38,448 nt of DNA from Alphaproteobacteria bacterium (GTDB taxonomy: Bacteria > Pseudomonadota > Alphaproteobacteria > Puniceispirillales > Puniceispirillaceae), in NCBI GenBank assembly GCA_011522945.1, contig WTHY01000150.1:1-38448 (forward strand), given 5' to 3'. A program made the position numbers and the translations under genes. The notes under the pieces were generated by a model. It did not search any database, was not told where the DNA came from, and saw only the letters and a list, made by a program, of their open reading frames with translations. The first letter of the stretch is position 1. Each line of letters opens with the position of its first letter. Shown here piece after piece: positions 34,446 to 38,448 of the stretch.

Positions 34446-36220
34446 TAGCTTAGTGCCTCTAACTCATCAATCATGCCTGAAATCATATCAAGCCCCTTAT
34501 GCCAAAAGGCCGGGTCTGTCGCGTCCAAATCAAATTGCTGAAGCGCCACATCATAGCGCTGTGTCCCGCCTGCAGCCAGCAAGGCCTGATAGCGCGCAAT
34601 GAAGGTCTCAGAACTATCATCTGCACCAGATTGGAAGACCTGCCAAAGCGCATTTACAAGGCAATCACCAAACGCATAAGCATAAACATAAAATGGCGTA
34701 TGAATAAAATGTGGAATATAGGCCCAGACAGGACGATAGGTTTCATCCAATATTATGCCATCGCCAAGCGCCTCTTTTTGCGTACGCATCCAAATATCAC
34801 TGATCTCATCTGGTGCAAGCTCCCCAGTGCGGCGGGCAGTATGCAAGGCTGTCTCAAAATTATGGAACGCAATTTGCCGCACCACCGTATTCAGCATATC
34901 TTCTACTTTGCCAGCCAGCAGGAAGCGTTTTGCATCAGCATCTGTTGTGCGCTCTAAGAGCTTTTGAAACGTGAGCATTTCAGCAAAAACAGAGGCTGTT
35001 TCAGCAAGTGTTAATGGCGTATCAGACATTAATAAACCCTGCTTAGCCGCAAGCACCTGATGAATGCCATGCCCCATTTCATGCGCTAATGTCATTACAT
35101 CACGCGCACGACCATCAAAATTCATGAGAATATACGGATGTGCCGACGGCACAGTGGGATGTGAAAACGCGCCACTAGCTTTCCCATCACGAATACCAGC
35201 ATCTATCCAGCCTTGTGCGAAAAATCGTCTGGCAATCTGTCCCATTTCTGGATCAAACCCGTCAAAAGCAGACAGAACAATTTCTTCTGCCTCTTCCCAG
35301 CTATAGCGTTTGTCATCATCACCAGATAGAGGCGCATTTCTATCCCACCAAGAAAGTGCCTCAAGACCACTCCAGCCTGCCTTTAGCTGATAATAACGAT
35401 GGGCAATATCGCCCATCCGGCTTGTAACAGCGTCAGCCAGCGCATCTACAACAACATCATCAACATCGTTCGCAAGATTGCGAGACGCGACCGGTCTGTC
35501 AAAGCCCCGCCACCGATCATCGACTTCCTTATCTTTGGCAATCACATTAATGATCAAACCAAAAAGACGCTGATTATCTTGCATCACCCTAGAAAGAGAC
35601 TGCCCAGCTTCTTTACGATAGGCAGGGTTAGGGCTGCTGAGATGATTCAGGATCTCAGCCTCAGAAACCTGATCGCCTTGAAAATCGAACTTCAATGCAG
35701 ATGACGTTTCATCAAACAAGCGCACCCAGGCTGACCGCCCAGATGGGCCTCTATCCACCAACATTTTTTCAAGCCTTGGTTCCAACATATGGCTTGCTGC
35801 CGCACGCACACGGCGCAGCCAGGGCTGATAATGATAAAAGCTCGGTGTCTTTAATGCTTCCTGATAGGCAGCTTCCGGCATTTGTGATAATTCAAGTTCC
35901 ACAAATAACAGAGCTGACTCTGCTTCAGATGCCTGTTCCCGCATAGTTTGATTATGTTGTGCCACTTCAGCTTTAGACATATCAGATGCAAACACCAAAT
36001 CTGCATGACACAGAATACGCCCCATTTTCTCAGATAATGTTTCGTAGCTCGCTATCATATGACCAAGCTCAGCACCTGATTTTGTTGCGACTTTACCTTC
36101 AAAATCTGCCTGCAAGGTCTTAGCTTGCGCCTGACAATCACGCATATCTGCTAAGATGGCTGGGTCGTCAATACCGCTATAAAGATCAGTTAATGTCCAT
36201 TCTGGAAGCGCTTCAGGCAT
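34445..36220 (-). CDS. pepF: Oligoendopeptidase F family (M3B) metallopeptidase
   Basis: 591 aa with an HEMGHGIH zinc motif. The stop overlaps the ABC1 kinase ATG (TAATG). Confidence 0.85.
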   Translation of the reverse strand: MPEALPEWTLTDLYSGIDDPAILADMRDCQAQAKTLQADFEGKVATKSGAELGHMIASYETLSEKMGRILCHADLVFASDMSKAEVAQHNQTMREQASEAESALLFVELELSQMPEAAYQEALKTPSFYHYQPWLRRVRAAASHMLEPRLEKMLVDRGPSGRSAWVRLFDETSSALKFDFQGDQVSEAEILNHLSSPNPAYRKEAGQSLSRVMQDNQRLFGLIINVIAKDKEVDDRWRGFDRPVASRNLANDVDDVVVDALADAVTSRMGDIAHRYYQLKAGWSGLEALSWWDRNAPLSGDDDKRYSWEEAEEIVLSAFDGFDPEMGQIARRFFAQGWIDAGIRDGKASGAFSHPTVPSAHPYILMNFDGRARDVMTLAHEMGHGIHQVLAAKQGLLMSDTPLTLAETASVFAEMLTFQKLLERTTDADAKRFLLAGKVEDMLNTVVRQIAFHNFETALHTARRTGELAPDEISDIWMRTQKEALGDGIILDETYRPVWAYIPHFIHTPFYVYAYAFGDCLVNALWQVFQSGADDSSETFIARYQALLAAGGTQRYDVALQQFDLDATDPAFWHKGLDMISGMIDELEALS

Positions 36221-36476
36221 GTCAGTCTCTCACTATTAGTCTCACCAGATACATATGGTGTGCCTTGGTAAGAAATGAACCCCTCATGTTAGATTTCTGA
36301 GCTATGTTTTTGGCGGTATTTACACAAGAATCTGAGCCTGTCAGATATCAAAAAAATTATCGTCACGCGCCTGCCAAAATAGATGGTCTAAAAAAGTAGA
36401 ACTTGTTTCTTGCAATTAAATCCGCCTTTGACGCATCATATAGTCTAAACCATTGAGCTAGAGTAGACGTAATTAC

Positions 36477-38255
36477 ATGCCGACAGTGAACGGTTTAGGA
36501 CCGCGAGAGGACACGTTACCAGATATGTTTTTTGCCAGAGCGGCAGCTGCAGAGCAAATGCCCTTCTTGCATGAACGTCGTAATGGTGTCTGGCGCAAAA
36601 CCAGCTGGTTTAAGATGGCAGATAATGTGCTGGTCATGGCAACAGCACTCAAACAGCGGGGTATCACCCCAGGTGATCGTGTTATTCTTGTTTCGGAAAA
36701 CAGGTCAGAATGGATTGTGGCTGAATTAGCCATTATGCTTGTTGGCGCTATTTCGGTACCACTTTTTACAACAAACACAGCTACAGATTTTGAATATTTG
36801 GTTCAGGATAGTGGTGCCCGGGCAGTTATTTGCTCAACATCAAAGCTTGCTGCACAGCTATTTACGCCAGCGCAAGAGTCTGCAGGCTGTCACTTAATGG
36901 TAGTAATGGAACCTGGTCAATTACGACGTCACCCAGCCGGGCTTGCCATCGTGAATTGGGACCAGATGATGACAGAAGGGCGCAGAGGTAAGCCGAATAA
37001 CAAAACGGGCTTTCCTTCAGGCAATCCAGACGATGTCTGCTCTATACTCTACACGACTAATAATACAGATAAGCCTCGCGGGGTAATGCTCACCCATCGT
37101 TCCATCATGGCAAATTTGGCTGGATGTGAAGGGCTGCTGCGAGAAGTTGGCTTAGGACAGGATGTGTTTTTATCTATGCTGCCCTTCAGCCATGCCTATG
37201 AACATTCTGTCGGCTTATATTTTCCTATCCATCTTGGTGCCCAAATTCATATATTGCCACGTCCTGAAGCTCTGAATTCAACAATCGCAGATGTGCGCCC
37301 AACCATTATGACAACTGTTCCAAGGCTACTTGAGCTATTACGAGACAGGATCCGTCAAAATTTTGTGCAGCGTGGTGCCCTGGCACTGTTTTTATTTGAA
37401 AAAGCAATCTCACTTGGCACAAAGAAATTACAAGGTGAAACCCTAACCCTTATTGAGAGGATCCAAAATACAGCCGCAGATATATTTATTCGGCGGGCTG
37501 TGCGCGCTCGTTTAGGGGGCAGGCTGAAAGCCTTTGTATCAGGTGGCGCTGCCCTTGACCCGAGCATTGGATATTTCTTCTTGGCGCTTGGTATCAGACC
37601 TTTGCAAGGATATGGCAAGACAGAAGCATCCTCTGTTATCACTGCCAATCCACCGTCACATATAAAAATCGAGACTGTTGGGACACCCCTTGCCGGCGTC
37701 TCTGTCCAACTCACGCAAACAGGTGAATTATGTGTAAAAGGCCCACTAGTTATGGCCGGATATTGGAATGATCCTATCGGCACAAGTAAGGCCTTGCGTG
37801 ATGGCTGGTATCACACAGGTGATTTAGCAGAGATACATGAAGATGGGTATATTACGCTTACAGGACGCAAAAATGATATCATCGTCAATACAAATGGAGA
37901 GGATATCTCACCTTCAAAAGTTGAGGCTATTTTAGAAGCGCAAAGAGATATTGCCTTTGCATGCGTGTTCGGAAATAGACATCCATTTTTAACAGCTGTT
38001 ATTTGCCCGTCAGATATAGTGATACAGCAATTTGGAGATAGGCAGGAGCGCATAAAAGAGCAACTGCAAGAAGCTGTTGCCACAGCCAATGTCACCCTCT
38101 CACAAGTAGAGCGCATTCGTACCTTTATCGTTGCAGATGATATTTTTTCTCAAGAGAATAAACTACTCTCAGCATCAGGCCGGAAGCGCCGCAGCGCCAT
38201 CATCGCAGCCTATGAAGAGAGACTGATGGGTCTATATCGCCGCCCAAGACGTTAA
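36477..38255 (+). CDS. AMP-dependent synthetase/ligase, long-chain acyl-CoA-synthetase-like
   Basis: 592 aa with GYGKTEAS, WYHTGDLA and GRKNDII motifs. The phosphate-binding A3 motif is atypical (YTTNNTDKPRG). Confidence 0.8.
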   Translation: MPTVNGLGPREDTLPDMFFARAAAAEQMPFLHERRNGVWRKTSWFKMADNVLVMATALKQRGITPGDRVILVSENRSEWIVAELAIMLVGAISVPLFTTNTATDFEYLVQDSGARAVICSTSKLAAQLFTPAQESAGCHLMVVMEPGQLRRHPAGLAIVNWDQMMTEGRRGKPNNKTGFPSGNPDDVCSILYTTNNTDKPRGVMLTHRSIMANLAGCEGLLREVGLGQDVFLSMLPFSHAYEHSVGLYFPIHLGAQIHILPRPEALNSTIADVRPTIMTTVPRLLELLRDRIRQNFVQRGALALFLFEKAISLGTKKLQGETLTLIERIQNTAADIFIRRAVRARLGGRLKAFVSGGAALDPSIGYFFLALGIRPLQGYGKTEASSVITANPPSHIKIETVGTPLAGVSVQLTQTGELCVKGPLVMAGYWNDPIGTSKALRDGWYHTGDLAEIHEDGYITLTGRKNDIIVNTNGEDISPSKVEAILEAQRDIAFACVFGNRHPFLTAVICPSDIVIQQFGDRQERIKEQLQEAVATANVTLSQVERIRTFIVADDIFSQENKLLSASGRKRRSAIIAAYEERLMGLYRRPRR

Positions 38256-38448
38256 TGTTAAGAAAGCCGGTAAAACGCTGGTCTTGCCTCGCCTGACGAG
38301 TAAATCGCATAGCTACCCAGCAATATCAGACATCTCGCACTGGAAGCCTCATACACTTCCTATCTGTCATTTCAGGCAGTCCAAATTAGGGATGTCAGAC
38401 ACGTCATATTTGACATATCAGGCATCACTAACCGGCGATATCATATAC

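Overview
This window reads as a chromosomal, mostly housekeeping region of an alphaproteobacterium. That assignment rests on gene content and synteny only, with no database search. About 40 protein genes and 2 tRNAs can be supported.

The backbone is the alphaproteobacterial string murA, DUF2948, hisG, UPF0262, LMW-PTP, infA, maf, RNase E/G-like, yacG, tRNA-Phe, all on the minus strand. Other supported genes:
- psuK-psuG
- msrA
- a TVP38/DedA plus FAD-disulfide-reductase pair
- tRNA-Thr
- trcR-like DUF1013
- bdhA
- ygfZ
- prpE
- purEK
- metA
- a COQ9-like gene divergent from rpsU
- pepF
- an ABC1/UbiB-type kinase
- a FadD-like ligase

I found no transposase, integrase, CRISPR array, recognisable defence system, toxin-antitoxin pair or prophage. 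I therefore cannot claim a clear new system. The points most worth a second look are:
1. A 1.05-kb ORF with an HxD...H...R oxygenase-like signature sits between infA and maf. It carries a 15-nt tandem array inside its 5' end, and a second 15-nt array directly abuts its stop codon.
2. A 4.2-kb block (21605-25826) encodes envelope proteins of unknown function: a Cys-rich secreted protein, DUF3422, an MFS transporter coupled to a mini membrane protein, and a DUF3833 lipoprotein.
3. The ABC1 kinase is split by a 1-nt frame shift at a homopolymer run.
4. Four separate intergenic tandem-repeat arrays have periods of 14, 15, about 60 and about 101 nt.
5. ORF-poor and ORFan DNA lies between msrA and the 3' end of tRNA-Phe.

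All functional calls come from motif and family recognition by eye.
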